A stretch of DNA of 64,000 nt from Zygnema circumcarinatum SAG 698-1b. Its lineage: Eukaryota > Plantae > Zygnematophyceae. Every line of letters starts with the position of its first letter. The first letter of the stretch is position 1. This document shows positions 13,209-25,516 of this stretch, piece by piece. The stretch is from positions 1,397,361 through 1,461,360 of the forward strand of contig CM074805.1 in assembly GCA_037447605.1 (NCBI GenBank), read 5' to 3'. Under the pieces are notes generated by a model, which worked only from the letters and a program-made list of their open reading frames with translations, was not told where the DNA came from and did no database searches. Both the position numbers and the translations under genes were made by a program.

Positions 13209-13806
13209 CTTTCAATGCTTCTCCGCAAATCCTCGCCTCCCTTCACCGTTCAAGCAACCATCCCAAATAAGGAGCCCCTGCTCGCCCCCTCAAACCCTAA
13301 TCAGGCCCTCCCTCCCTGAGCCAGCCGCCTGCCTCCGCAACCCGGGAACAAGCTACGTACAAGAGCACAGTGCTCTATGCTGACTCAGTTTGAAAATCCG
13401 TGAAACGGTCATTTATATTCGACTGCGGCTTTTTCCAACCTCTTGTACGGTCCGTATGGTTTGTGGCAGAAAAGTGCAAACCGCTATCCGGTTGCAAACC
13501 GGGCGGGCGCAAAGCCCCGCTTTCCCAGAAATCTCTAAAATCTGCGGTTCGCGGATTCGAGAATAATCGCGATCCGGGGGGTGCGGAGGAAACTGCGACC
13601 GGCCCGATGACGAGAGATTACGTCAGTGGGTTGCAAACTATATATTAAATGGCGTCATTTGGTTGCAAACTTTGCCTGCTGCACGGGTTACCGTACCGTA
13701 AGAAATAACACGCGTTTGAAAGGGACCCTGAGCTTGAAAGAGGCGGAAGGCGTAGCGTGAGGGAGGGGGAGAGTGAAAATTAGGGTTAGCTCCTCAGCGC
13801 AGCGCC
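13209..13806. promoter_or_regulatory. Bidirectional promoter shared by the cyclophilin and RBM22 genes
   Basis: 598 bp separate the two divergent ATGs. Telo-boxes AAACCCTAA (13292-13300) and TTAGGGTT (13780-13787) each sit near one gene. GGTTGCAAAC occurs at 13490, 13629 and 13661, and a TATA-like CTATATATTA at 13638-13647. Confidence 0.65.
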
Positions 13807-16800
13807 ATGGCGCACAGGCTGCTACGCGACACGGAGGCAGACGGATGGGAGAGGAGCGACTTCCCCATTATCTGCGAGAGCTGCTTGGGCGAGAATCCTT
13901 ACGTCCGCATGGTGTGCATAACTAGACAAGCTCTGTCGCTGAATGAGGGAAAGCGGGACAGGTTTTTTGTTGAAGATGTGGGGTTCTGCTGAACCTAGAT
14001 AGCACAGTATGCAACTTTGGTTGTTTGATTGGATTACTCTGAAATTATATTATATTGAGCGGAGTGTTTGGGATGCTGGTGTGCCGTTTCTGCGACGTGT
14101 TGCTTGCTGCAGACCAAGGCGAATTTTGACAAGGAATGCAAGATCTGCACTCGACCGTTTACAGTGTTCCGCTGGCGTCCGGGGAGAGATGCGCGGTACA
14201 AGAAGACTGAGGTCTGCCAGACCTGCAGCAAGCTTAAGAACGTTTGCCAGGTAAGGACAGCTCCTACACTTTTGGCGGCTCCTGTCGTGTTTTCCCCTTA
14301 TTGTAATCCGTTTCTGGTCTCCAGTGCACAAGAAAATTCCTGGCAGCTCTTGGCCTCACTTTGGAAAGTAGAGATAAAAACCTCTAAATTTCGAAGTTAT
14401 GACCCCTTTTACGTAACTTGTAAATTCTGCATTGCACAAGGACAGCGCAGTCGCTTATCACTTGCCACATTTTTATTTATTTTATGCGACGTCCCAAACT
14501 CTTGAGACTAGATTGCATGCTTTTCCCCTTCAGAGCTCTCAAATTGCGGGAATGACTTATCTGACCAAACTGTTATCGTTGTAGGTGACAGTGTTGATGC
14601 ACGTTTGATTTCCCGTAATGGTTTAGATATGTTGTCTTCCATATCTGTTCACAGTTAGCCGTCACAGCGTTTGTGTTCGAATTTCCCGCTGCTGCCCCAC
14701 GTAGGTTCTCCCCTTGCCAATGTGACAACATTTATGTCGTATCTCTCCCACGAATTCACTTTTGGGATGTGACTTGGGAGTTCAGGCTCCTTCAAAAATG
14801 GTCGTCGGCACATCCTCTCACTATTTACAGTATACATATTCCTGTTTGCAAGTAGACAGTAGATTGACCCCGCTCTTTCCTTGGCAGGTATGTTTGTTGG
14901 ATCTGGAGTACGGCTTACCAGTGCAAGTGCGCGACTCGGCTTTGGGGATCGATACAACAGATGCCATTCCGAAATCTGATGTGAATCGGGAATATTTTGC
15001 GGAAGAGCAGGATCGCAAGGTGATTCTTTTACTCTCGGTTCGGTGAAGATTACCGTCACAATTGCTCCAGGAAGCAGGTGCCTTCGGGCTCCTCTCAAGC
15101 CTTTGCTAGACTTGCAGCTCATTTGGAAACTAAATTGTAAGCGGGTGGGCACATATCACGCCACCTTACAATGCGTTTGTCGTTTCGTTCGTATTGGGAA
15201 AGTGTGCCATTTCCAACCGGCTGAATGCTGAGCTGATTGGATATTTACTTCCCTGTCTTGCAATGTGTGTTGCAGGCACGAGCGGGGTTGGATTATGATT
15301 CAGAGTTTGGGAAAGCGAAGCCAAACGACACGATTCTAAGGCTACAGCGAACTACCCCATATTACAAGCGTAATCGTGCACACATCTGCAGCTTTTACGT
15401 GAGAGGGGAGTGCACTCGAGGTGCTGAATGCCCCTATCGCCATGAAATGCCCCTGACGGGTGAACTTTCCCAGCAGAACATCAAGGACAGATACTATGGG
15501 TAAGGCACTGTCGATAGAGGCATAGTCCCATTTCCTTTTGGAGATGATCCAAGGTCAAATGCTGACAACAACAGTTGTCGTTTCTTGGGGATGTTCCCAT
15601 GTGGTTGTAGTTCATCGCTGTTGCATGTGACTTTCAAGTTTCGATATGGAGCAGTCTTCCTTTGACCTCGTCATGCATTCGTCCTTGCATCAATGGTCTA
15701 CTTTAACTTGTTCCTTTGTACTTCCTATCATGTAGCGGGTTTGAAATAAGTCATGTGCCGTTCTACTTACGCTGTTGTCATATAAAGTTAAATGTTAAAG
15801 GTCGATAGTTTTTCCAACCACATCATAGCTTGTTTGTTGTTCAACTGATATATGTTCCATTTGGCTTGCTTGCGAGACATGATATGCATAGTACTTTGCA
15901 GCTTTTTGAAGGGCCCAAATTGAGGAATCTAACTTTCAAAACATGCGGTTGGCAGTGTTAACGATCCTGTGGCCAATAAGCTCCTCCGAAGGGCATCTGA
16001 AATGCCGTCATTGAGCCCTCCAGAGGATGAGACAATCAGGACACTTTATGTCGGCGGACTTGACGATCGCGTCTCGGAACAAGATCTTAAGTACGTTATT
16101 GGGTTACCTCCTCGGTAACATTTTTTTTAGTCGGGAAAGGTTAATGGAAGTCAATTGTCCAAATCACCTGTTAGAAAATACCTTACTAAGCCTTGTAGCA
16201 TGTGATCGCTTTGATCATCAAACATCTGTGTCCAACCTTCATGTGCAGTATATCCTTGTTCAGTCGTGAGAGGTTATCCACTTTGGGCCGGACCCCTCCT
16301 CACAGTCATTTCAATCCGGTCGAAATAGTCCCGGCTCTGTCTAAAATATTGAATAGGATGCGTGTGGATGAGATCACATGTTCTTAATGCGTACGCTTTT
16401 GCTCACATTTCACCTTTCCGGTTGTGGGGGGGACACAGGGACCAATTTTATGGATACGGAGAGGTAGAGTCTATACGCATAGTCCAGTCGCGATCCTGTG
16501 CCTTTGTCGCGTACACGACAAGGGAAGGGGCAGAAAAGGCTGCCGAGAATTTGGCCAACCAGCTTGTTATTAAGGGCCTCCGCCTGAAACTCATGTGGGG
16601 GAGACCCCCTGCCCCTCGTCCTGAACCCCAAGAGGCAAGCAAAGCTGCAGAAGGAGCTGCTGCAAGTGCTGTTAGTGTGGGTCTCTTACCACGCCAAGTC
16701 ATGCCTCAACAGGGGGGGCCTTCTGACCCGGGGGCAGTCCCTTCTGGAGGAGGGTATCTGCCTCCGCCTACAGGGCCTCACATAGGATTAAGCTCGTCGT

Positions 16801-17237
16801 ACTACCCATCCATGAATCCCGAACGTATGGGAGCTCGCCCGGAAGCAAGTGAGCAAGCAACGGGTTCTCTGGAAGGGGAGCAGGGGAGGGGTCCTGGCAA
16901 CCCACAACAGCTGCAAGGAGGCTATCAGCAGCCGGGTCCACCAGGCATTCCAGGAGGCCCCTCCCAAATGCCGCCCCCTTCATCCCATCACATGCAATAT
17001 GCTCCCCCTTACGGCCAGCCACCTCCTCCCGGAGGGCAGTACCATCATCAGGGACCTCATTTTCATGGGCCCCCTCCTCCCTTTCCAGGCTCTGCGCCAC
17101 TGATGCCTCCTGGAGGGCCGGGGAGACCTCCGCCACCCTCGGGCCCCCCTCCAAATTCGTCTCCCTTCCCGCGTCCGATGCGTGCGGGGCCTCCTCCTCC
17201 TCCTCCGCCCTTTTTTCGAGGCGCATACAGGGGTTGA
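13807..17237 (+). CDS. RBM22: Pre-mRNA splicing factor RBM22/Cwc2/Ecm2-like (CCCH zinc finger + RRM + Pro-rich tail), 510 aa
   Basis: Exons 13807-13911, 14113-14250, 14888-15019, 15276-15499, 15956-16090, 16439-17237 (1533 nt). Motifs [99 protein letters not shown], and RRM TLYVGGL...AFVAY. Confidence 0.96.
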
Positions 17238-18130
17238 ATGTTAGGATTGATTACGGTTAGTAAACCCCAGAGTGCTCATATTCCGATTGGATATAACAAG
17301 TGTTTTAAAGGGGGTCGAATAGAGGAGGCAGTGACAAATTCCTGAATCGGTAGGTTGGCGAACGCGCTGCCAGATGTTGCCATTATTTCTGCTTCCCAGC
17401 TTAAATGGTGCGGAGAAAGGACATAAATTTTGACAGAGTTGATACGCGACGTGTCTGTGGCTGTGAGATCCTTCAGAGGCGTGGTGCCGGCAGATAGGAA
17501 TGTGTCTCTTGTAGTCTTTGGATGTGCTCGAGACTTGCTGCTGTCTCATCTTTATGTCCGCTTGAAGTCAAGGCAGTTTTTAGTTTCATAGCTGTTGACT
17601 GGACGGATGTACACTGAGGTCCTCTTGAGACTCCTTTTTTGTATTGTCAAGGTAAAGGACAGAAGAGAGGCCAAGCCATTCTTCGTTCCTTTCGTGTAGA
17701 ATCCCATCCTGCCAAGCCTGAAGATGACTGAGCCTAATTGCGTTATACATTTTTTTTTTCCTTGTTGAAGAAAGCAAGTTGGCCTGTTGGGCTGCAACGG
17801 AAGCTGCAAACTGCACAAGGGCACTCATAAACATGTCATTGCGGTGTCCACCTCGTCAGTACCCGCCCGGTACCTGGTCAACCGCCAACCCTTTCCATGC
17901 CAGTAGGGGGTGTCAGACTCAACGAAATCTTACGAACAAAAAGTTTTCAGAAGTACACGGTATTCCGCTGCAGCAAAACCGCGATGTCACCGGAGTAGTC
18001 ATTCTGGCCTCAAACTTACGAACAACTTTCACCCCCTAGTGACCCTGCAACACGCACCCTGCCCACACATGCACTCCGTCAAACTCCCCCACCTCATCCC
18101 CCGTCCCTTGTTCCGACTTCCGAGCCACGC

Positions 18131-18220
18131 GAGTCCACCCCGACTAGTCCACCCCGACGAGGTCCACCCCGACGAGTCCACCCCGACGAGTCCACCCCGA
18201 CGAGTCCACCCCGACAGTCC
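18131..18220. repeat. 14-bp minisatellite GAGTCCACCCCGAC x6
   Basis: Six near-perfect tandem copies read directly; one has a 1-nt insertion. Confidence 0.9.
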
Positions 18221-18489
18221 CTCCCTCCAAAAGCGAAGCCAGCCACTTGTTCCACGCGCGCCGGATCCGTTCCGGGATCTGCCCAACCTCGCAAGATTGC
18301 AATTTACGGCCCTTAATCCCACCAAGGCCGCCCCCCCGCCTCGTCCCCCTCCCTATTTACCTTAAAGTAAACTTCCCGGGTGCATGCATGCATGCATGAT
18401 GCATCAGAGCAGAGTCCCATGCTGGCCATCCATCCCTTAATGGCCGCTGCCTGGCAGGCTTCATTGCGGCGGCAACAGTTTTCCGCGCC

Positions 18490-19450
18490 ACATGGAGGAA
18501 CGTGACGGCGCCACGTGTCCGTCGGGCTGCCCGGAACGGACCGGAACTAATTTTGGGCGGCCCCGCTCGTGTCGGGCGACGCGGAACCTGCCAGGCGCCG
18601 GCGGGCAGGGCCGTACGCTTCGTACGGCGTCCAGTCGCAGAGCCCTCCCATTGGCCTGCCGCCTGCGTGGGCCGCGCTGGCTGGCGGCTATTCCGTGTCG
18701 CGCCACGGCCGTTAAACAGCGCGCGTAACTGACCACATGAGCTCGGCACCGCCCCCATTCCTGCCGGCCGGACGGGCGGGCGGGCGCGGCCGGCGCGAGC
18801 GGCGGTTCGTACGGTCCCCCCGTAAATGGCCCGCTTGAGGACCCCGCCGGATCGGCGCCGCCGCCCAACCGGCGCCCGGCGGCGGCCCGCACGTGCGAGG
18901 CAGAATCTGAACGCGCGCCGACATTTCTGTGCGTGTCGGAGGAGCCGTACCGTACGGTGGGCGGTTACTGACCGGCCGGCGGGTCAACGCCCCTCGCCGG
19001 AAAAGGGGCCGCACGTCTAGGGACTTGGACTGTCACGTGGCGGTCGGTGGATGCGTGAGGGGACACGTGGCGCGGTAGGATGTACGAACCCATCCGCTAT
19101 TGCGCGCCACGTGTGTGTTCATTCGCCAGAGAGCCGTTGGTCCGTACGAGGGGCGCCGACAGACAGAGCGCCAGCCAATAGGCGCCGACCAGATCCCCGG
19201 CAACGGGGGCCCAGCTGTACGGTGAGCGAGGGATCTGTACGGCACCGACTGCTACTTTTGGACCAACGCGCGCGATTTCGGGCGCGTGAGGCGAGTCAAC
19301 TGCGACCCGTGCCGCAGATTTGGGGCGTCGCGACAAACATGGCCGCCGTACGGATGACTTTTGTCGGTGTGGCACGTAAATTCGTCGCTGCTGGATCGAG
19401 CTGCAAAATTTTCGCGCCGTTTTTTTTTAGGTCCGACCGGCGCGGCGCCG
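18490..19450. promoter_or_regulatory. CpG-rich island with repeated ABRE/G-box and GTAC motifs
   Basis: GCGCCACGTGT(CC) occurs at 18508-18520, inverted at 19061-19073 and again at 19104-19114. TCACGTGGC is at 19033, there are many CGTACG/GTAC cores, and a CCAAT at about 19176. The island lies upstream of the gene at 20929. Confidence 0.4.
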
Positions 19451-19957
19451 TTTTCGGGCGGGAAATAATGCCGAGGCGCGGCTTCAATGGCGCCTTCAAG
19501 GAGGCGCGGGGCCATTGATGGCGCGGGACTGCCGGCCTCCCATATCAGTGCCTCGCAAACTTGCTTTCCAAAGCAGTAACCGCGAACAGCCAGCCTTGCG
19601 CGGTCCTCCTTCCAGACCTCTCAGGTGGAATCAGTGTCAGTTCCATCATCCCTGCCGGCTGCCCGCCCACAAACTCGTTGGGAAGGCGCCGCCCTGCCCT
19701 GCCCTGCCCGCGCGCCGGGCCGAGGAGCGCAGTTTGCGGGCAGGCACTGCGGGCAGCCCAAATATTGGCCCGGGCAGGCGGGCGGGCAGGCGGGCGGGCG
19801 GCGGCCGCCACTTGGCCCCCGCCCTCCCTCCCCCCCTCATTGCTGTCGGTCGGCGCCTGGACGCAGGCACGCAGGCACGCAGGCGCTGGTGGCGCAACCT
19901 CCCCCCGAGCAAGCCTGCCGACCACCACTGCCCGCCACGCCCGCGGCCAGCAGCAGG

Positions 19958-20425
19958 GGAGGGACGGAGGGAGGGAGGGAGGGAGGGAGGGAGGGAGGGC
20001 GGGAGACAGAGGAGGGAGGGCGGGAGACAGAGGGAGGGCGGGAGACAGAGGAGGGAGGGCGGGAGACAGAGGAGGGAGGGACGGAGGGAGGGACGGAGGG
20101 AGGGACGAAGGGAGGGAGGGAGGGAGGGAGGGAGGGACGAAGGGAGGGAGGGAGGGAGGGAGGGAGGGAGGGCGGGAGACAGAGGAGGGAGGGCGGGAGA
20201 CAGAGGGAGGGCGGGAGACAGAGGAGGGAGGGCGGGAGACAGAGGAGGGAGGGACGGAGGGAGGGACGAAGGGAGGGACGGAGGGAGGGAGGGCGGCCGG
20301 GAGGGAGGGAAGGAGGGAGGAGAGAGAAGAGGAGGGGAAGGAGGGAGGGAAGGAGGGAGGAGAGAGAAGAGGAGGGGAAGGAGGGAGGGAGACAGGGGAG
20401 GAGGGGAAGGAGGTAGGGAGGGAAA
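19958..20425. repeat. Purine-rich (GGGA)n low-complexity tract with a ~23-nt higher-order unit (GGAGGGAGGGCGGGAGACAGA..)
   Basis: About 470 bp almost free of T, with few C outside the repeat unit. It produces spurious stop-free ORFs in several frames. Confidence 0.9.
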
Positions 20426-20928
20426 GTTTCATAGAGAGAGACAAGTGTGTTGACTGGAGGGAGCAGGAGTGGCTTTCGGAGGAAAGGTGTAAGCGCTGAG
20501 CCAGTCCTGGGAGAGAATTGGAACTGGAAGAACTGGAAGCGGAGTCACTCCTGTATGAGAGGAAGCCTGACGGGTATCAAAGCGTGTGTTGCCGGGAAGG
20601 TTGTGTCTGACTGTGGAGGGTTGCAGTTGTCTGTGCCCAAACTCAGACCAGGAGCTCGTGACTTTCTAGTGCTCATTTTAGAGAGAAAAAAGTTGGTGCG
20701 TGAGTGGACGTTGGCTACTCTCTGTAGCGGAAGCTCCTGTGCTGGAGAAAAGTCTCTGTGATTCTGCTCAAAGCGGAGCAAAAGTGTTCGACATAACCGT
20801 GTTACTTAAAGCGTTTGCGGACACGAAAGGTTCGGAGCAGCCAGAGTGAATGCTTCTATCAATTTGAAACTCCTGCGATTCAGAATAACGTCTGAGAAGC
20901 GTCAAGATTTTTCTGTTTTCCGTCCGCA

Positions 20929-23863
20929 ATGGCCATGGTTTCAAACAAAGCTGTGCAGCAGCAGCGTGGCGCGGAGAAGGAAGCTCCAATTTCCGCACTT
21001 CGCAGGACCGTTTCAGATTTGGCGACGTTGCAGGAGTCGCCGCCAATGACAGGAGACGACCTTGTGGGCTGGCCCTTTGGCACAGAGGAGTTTCTAGACC
21101 GCCTCGCAGCAGCCCTGCCCAGTCCAAAGCCGCTGTCAAAAGCAAAGCAGAAGTTCTTCTCCGGTCCGCTTCACTACAGAAACGGAGTCACCGCCAGCGG
21201 ACCTGGAAGGTCTGAATTCTCGCCATCTCCAAGACGTCAAGCGCGGGTAGCTGACAGCAGCATGGAGGATTCTCCAGTGCGTCTGGAAAACGCAGATACG
21301 TCCGGAGGAAGGGAGAAGGACAGAGAACATTCAGGCGCTTCTTTGAGTACAGCTTCATTCGACAGATTTGCACCAACAGGTGAAACTGCAGTCTCCCCTG
21401 AAGCGGACACGGCGCATCCGCCTTCAGCGACTACCCATACGAGTGCTGCAAACCCTGCAGATGTGCAGTCACCGGATGAAGATGTGGACAGTGTCGCAGG
21501 AATTCCTGTGGGAATAACAGCCGGAATAACTTTACAAGGCCACGGTTTCAGGCGGTCAGGAGGGCCCTTGCCTCCGGTTCCTCTCAAGATGCGGACAAAT
21601 GCGCCACAGAGGCGAAAACAAGACCCCGGGCTGCAGAGATTGCACCATATCATCAACAGGGCGACGATGGAGCTTGACGAGCACGGCGCTGAGTTTGCAG
21701 AGGTTTTCGCAAAGACTCTCGCGGAGGCAACAGCTGTTATTGCAGGTAAGAAATTGAGTTTGTGGGAGGGGGAGTGGTTTGTACGGGATTGAGCTCTCGA
21801 TTGGTTTAATTCCTAACTCAGCTCATCTGTTACCGCCTGCGCATGAATGATCTTGATGATGATCCACTTGCTTTGGCTTTCCAAAAACGTCCTGCTGTGA
21901 GCGTAATAAGATGCTGATAGGGTTGAACTTTGAACACTCGAGGTCGAAACTTTTTCGATTGAAGAACGCGAAAAGTTAAAGAAAAAAAGTTCAAAGACAA
22001 GTGGTTAGGTCGAACGTTTGGATTCCACTTTTGGCCAAAGATTTCGGTGGATCCGGTTACGCCAGTTTTACCGTACGACTCTTCCCGCGAGCCGATCAAC
22101 AATTTCTGTACGGAACACCGGGTCCACGCGCTTTGCGATCCGCTAAAATCTCACTGTTGATCAGTGGACCCAAGGAAAGCTCAAATTGAACACGAACGAT
22201 AATTAATCGTTCAATGTTTATTTGGTTCTCCAGAAAAATTGCTTTGAGAAAAAAATTTAGGAATTCATTTCATTTCTCAAAATGAATCGTGTTCACAAAT
22301 ACAGTATAGGGATTTTTTTTGAGAAACTGGTTTTGAAAGTTTTTTTTGGAGAAGCCAAAAACTTTAATCTCTTTCTTTCTCTTCCTGTTTGGTTTTACGG
22401 TACCTTAGCCATTCGTTAAAATGTTCAGTGTGTACCCCCTTCCTGCATGAAAAACCCTAGAAGAAAAGTACTCTCTCTACCCCCTCCCTATCTCTCTCTA
22501 CTCTCCCTCTCTATGTACTCTCTCTACTCTCTCACTCTTATCTCTACTTTCCCTTACTCTCTCTCTACTCCAAATTTTCTATTAGCAACTCTATGCCCTA
22601 TCCTCTCATGCCAAGCTGAGAAAGTGTGGTCTCTCACTCATTCGCGAGTTACTTTTTTCCAGAGTCTCCGCGGCCTTTCTCACAGGAGCAAGTCGACGTA
22701 CAAAGATATGGCCTCCCAGCCGTGCTGGAGCGAGCGGAGGATTCTGAAGAATCCTCTCAGAAGGCGCGCAGCCCGATGTTGGAGCACATGCGAACTCCTG
22801 AATACTCTCTTGGAAGCATCGGCCGGGAAGACGAGGAGCGATCTGTGTTCACATTCAGTGAAGTGGAGGCGGGGGGAGGGCGAGGAGGGTGGCCGGAGCC
22901 TCTGCCGCCATTGTCACCATGGAAACTCGCGCTTTTGGCTTTTATGGCGGGCAGCACATGCGTGATGCTGTTAGTCGGAATCGTACTTGAGGTGAGAACA
23001 GAGGGGAGGAAACGTTTGGCTCTTCAGACATGGTTCAGCACTAGGTGTCTTTGCAAGTATGTCAAGTCTGACATTACAAAGAAGGCAGTAGTCCTGACAG
23101 GTGATTTATGGTCTGCCAGTTTCATAAAATTTCATTAGAAGAGAGCGGGCTGAGCTGTCCTTTTGATGTGTTTTGCGAAGAACTGCTTTGGAATTCCAGG
23201 TGTGCTCCAGTGCGGGCGTCAAGTCTCTCCCGCGATTCCGGCAGGAATTTTTCTTCTTCCAAGTTCTGGCAGGGCTCGTTGTTGCGCAGGCCCTCCAGGC
23301 AGCGCGCAACAGACGGCCTGTTGCATTCACCAATGCGATGCTGGTGCGTTTCCTTGCTTGTCTTTTTACCATTCATCCCATCATTCCCTCTTCTAGCACA
23401 TCCTCGTACTTACTCTCTCCCCATGCCTGGATGTTCCCCTCGCATATGTGTCATGTAAGGCATTATAAAGGGTTCTTGTAACTAGTCTCAGACCTAGTCT
23501 CCGCCCACGCATTTCATAACTCCAGCTTGTCTGCTTCGGCTAATGCATGTGCAGGTTGCATGGATTCTCGACATCGCTCTGATTTCGGAGCTCTTGGCGG
23601 CAGTTCTATCACAGGGAAATGAGTACTCCCACACGGCATCAGTCTGCTCTCCGTTCATCGCCCTCATTTTTGTCAATTTCTTCATGGTTTCAGTGCTGCT
23701 GATTGCAGGCGTTAAGTGGAGCAGCGTATCAGACATGGAGGCACAAACTCCAAAGTCTCTCATGCAGGCCTCTGGAGGGAAACGAACCCCCATTTCACAG
23801 GGATCAAAGAAAAGAGCTTGGGGCCGGGAAAAGGACGGTGCTCTTGAAGGAGACGTGGTGTAG
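20929..23863 (+). CDS. Uncharacterised membrane protein, 532 aa: long disordered N-terminus plus four C-terminal TM helices
   Basis: Exons 20929-21745, 22663-22991, 23200-23343, 23555-23863 (1599 nt, GT-AG, phases 1/0/0). Hydrophobic segments WKLALLAFMAGSTCVMLLVGIVL, FFFFQVLAGLVVAQAL, AMLVAWILDIALISELLAAVL and FIALIFVNFFMVSVLLIAGV. No family recognised. Confidence 0.75.
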
Positions 23864-24797
23864 CGTTTTCCGCCCTCGTCAAGTTGTTATTGTAGCCCCA
23901 TTCCAACCTCTCTGTCGGTCACTGCAGCTCCTTTTCCGTTTACCAGTCGGAATTCACCTGAGTTTATCGCCAGTCGGTTTCCTTCCCTCTTTGGCAGGAT
24001 TGACAAAGGTCAATCCACGAAGGGGGGCAGCCACCGCTTAGCGATGGAAAGTTGCCTCATGATAGGCATCAGGTGAAGGGGGAGCTCTGTCCGTGAGTAA
24101 AAGGTGGTGTTTAATAGTAGACTAGTTCACGCTCATACGTGATTTAATAATTTACATAATTATCTTCAGCGACAGCTTTCCTCAAGCTCTTAGGAACGGG
24201 CTTCTGCAACGCCTCTGTTCTTGCTCCTCTGTGGGGTTTTTTTTTTTTTTACTAAGTACCGCAGTTCAGAATTTGGGAGTTCGACATAAATCACGTGAAG
24301 TATTATAGGTGCAGTTTTGAACTGTTTTATGCAGAAGGGGGAAGTGCGTTGGGAAATGTACTACCAAGGGGACAAGCTTGCCATCGTTAGCGATCAGGCA
24401 GAGGACTTGATGCTCCAAATCATACTGTAACATGTTAGCACTCACTGCACAGGAATTCATATGGCTTGCTTTCCACTCTGTGCAGTGGGATTGAATGAGC
24501 GGTGGAAGCAAGGTACTAGCAGCGATGGCCATGCAAGAGACGAAAGTTACTTGGATGTCTCAGTTTTGTGGTAGACGTGAACTTCTCCAGAGCTTTCATG
24601 CTGTTGCTTTGCTGAGAGTTGGCAACGGCGCTGTGCTATCCTTTCTGAATCAGAGCAATTGGGAACCTCGCATCGTACAGTAATCTTTCTATACAGTACG
24701 TACCCTCTTGCGTCCAACCTATACCAAGTGGTGGCCTTTGAAGGGTCTTTTTTCTGTATGGAAAGGATGTATTCGAGGGATCCCAATGGACAGAGTA

Positions 24798-24977
24798 CAG
24801 TACTGCACAGTTCGAACCATCGCAATGGCAACCATTGGACAACCATTGGACAACCATTGCATGGCAATGGTTGGACGATCCAATGGTTCGCAACCATTGC
24901 AATCATTGGCTGGCTTGCGATCCAATGGTTCATAACTATTGCAATGGTTGATCCAATGGCCGACCTGTGCAGTACTG
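24798..24977. mobile_element. MITE-like foldback element with CAGT termini and internal CCATTG/CAATGG repeats
   Basis: 13-bp perfect inverted termini CAGTACTGCACAG (24798-24810) and CTGTGCAGTACTG (24965-24977). The left flank is TA and the right flank CA. The interior is built from AACCATTG and its complement CAATGG. Confidence 0.45.
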
Positions 24978-25265
24978 CATAGTTCAAACTATCGTTTGTG
25001 CAAACCCTTAACCATCCACATGGTCTGCCCATGGTCTGCAACCAATGGTTTGAACCACTGCCAATGGTAACAATGGTTGTCAAGCACTGGCGTTGTGCAA
25101 TGGTTGGCAACACACGCTCCAGTCATTGCTCAGCTGCCTGCCTTCCCCTAAGGCCCAAGCCAACGGGTTGAAATTTGAAAGCGTTGCCAACGGTTGGACC
25201 CAACAAAGCGGCGAAGTGCACGCCGTAACGCCGCACAGTCCGCGTCACGTGACTCACGTCAGTCC

Positions 25266-25295
25266 TTTTAGGGTTTTTAGGGTTTTTAGGGTTTT
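25266..25295. repeat. Telomere-like TTTTTAGGG x3 (telo-box cluster) upstream of the J-protein gene
   Basis: Direct read ttttagggtttttagggtttttagggtttt. Similar motifs occur at about 34984-35110 and 56680-56705. Confidence 0.7.
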
Positions 25296-25516
25296 CGTCC
25301 TGCTCGGCCCAATCATATTAGTCCGCGTGGCATAACTGCTCTAGTTCACATGAGCAAATCCGTTAAACACGACCTCTCTCATGTACGCCATCACCGGGAA
25401 AATCACGTCAAAAGGGCCGAACATCGCCAACATCACTCCTATGGTATTGTCAACATCATCTTACGTCAGCGCCAACATCACCCTATGGCAGCGCCAACCT
25501 TTGGACCTTCCCGCCT

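Noticed and set aside
19515-20499. Several 260-312 aa ORFs on both strands
   Set aside because: They arise from the stop-free GGGA tract, translate to GREGG/PPSL repeats in all frames and have no splice or family support.
22225-22350. Weak inverted repeats resembling the 50375 element
   Set aside because: Similarity is limited to short A/T-rich words and is not distinguishable from chance by eye.
24300-24580. Degenerate PHD-like peptide (HCTGIHMAC...W) in an intergenic region
   Set aside because: Interrupted by stops with too few ligands to support a pseudogene call.
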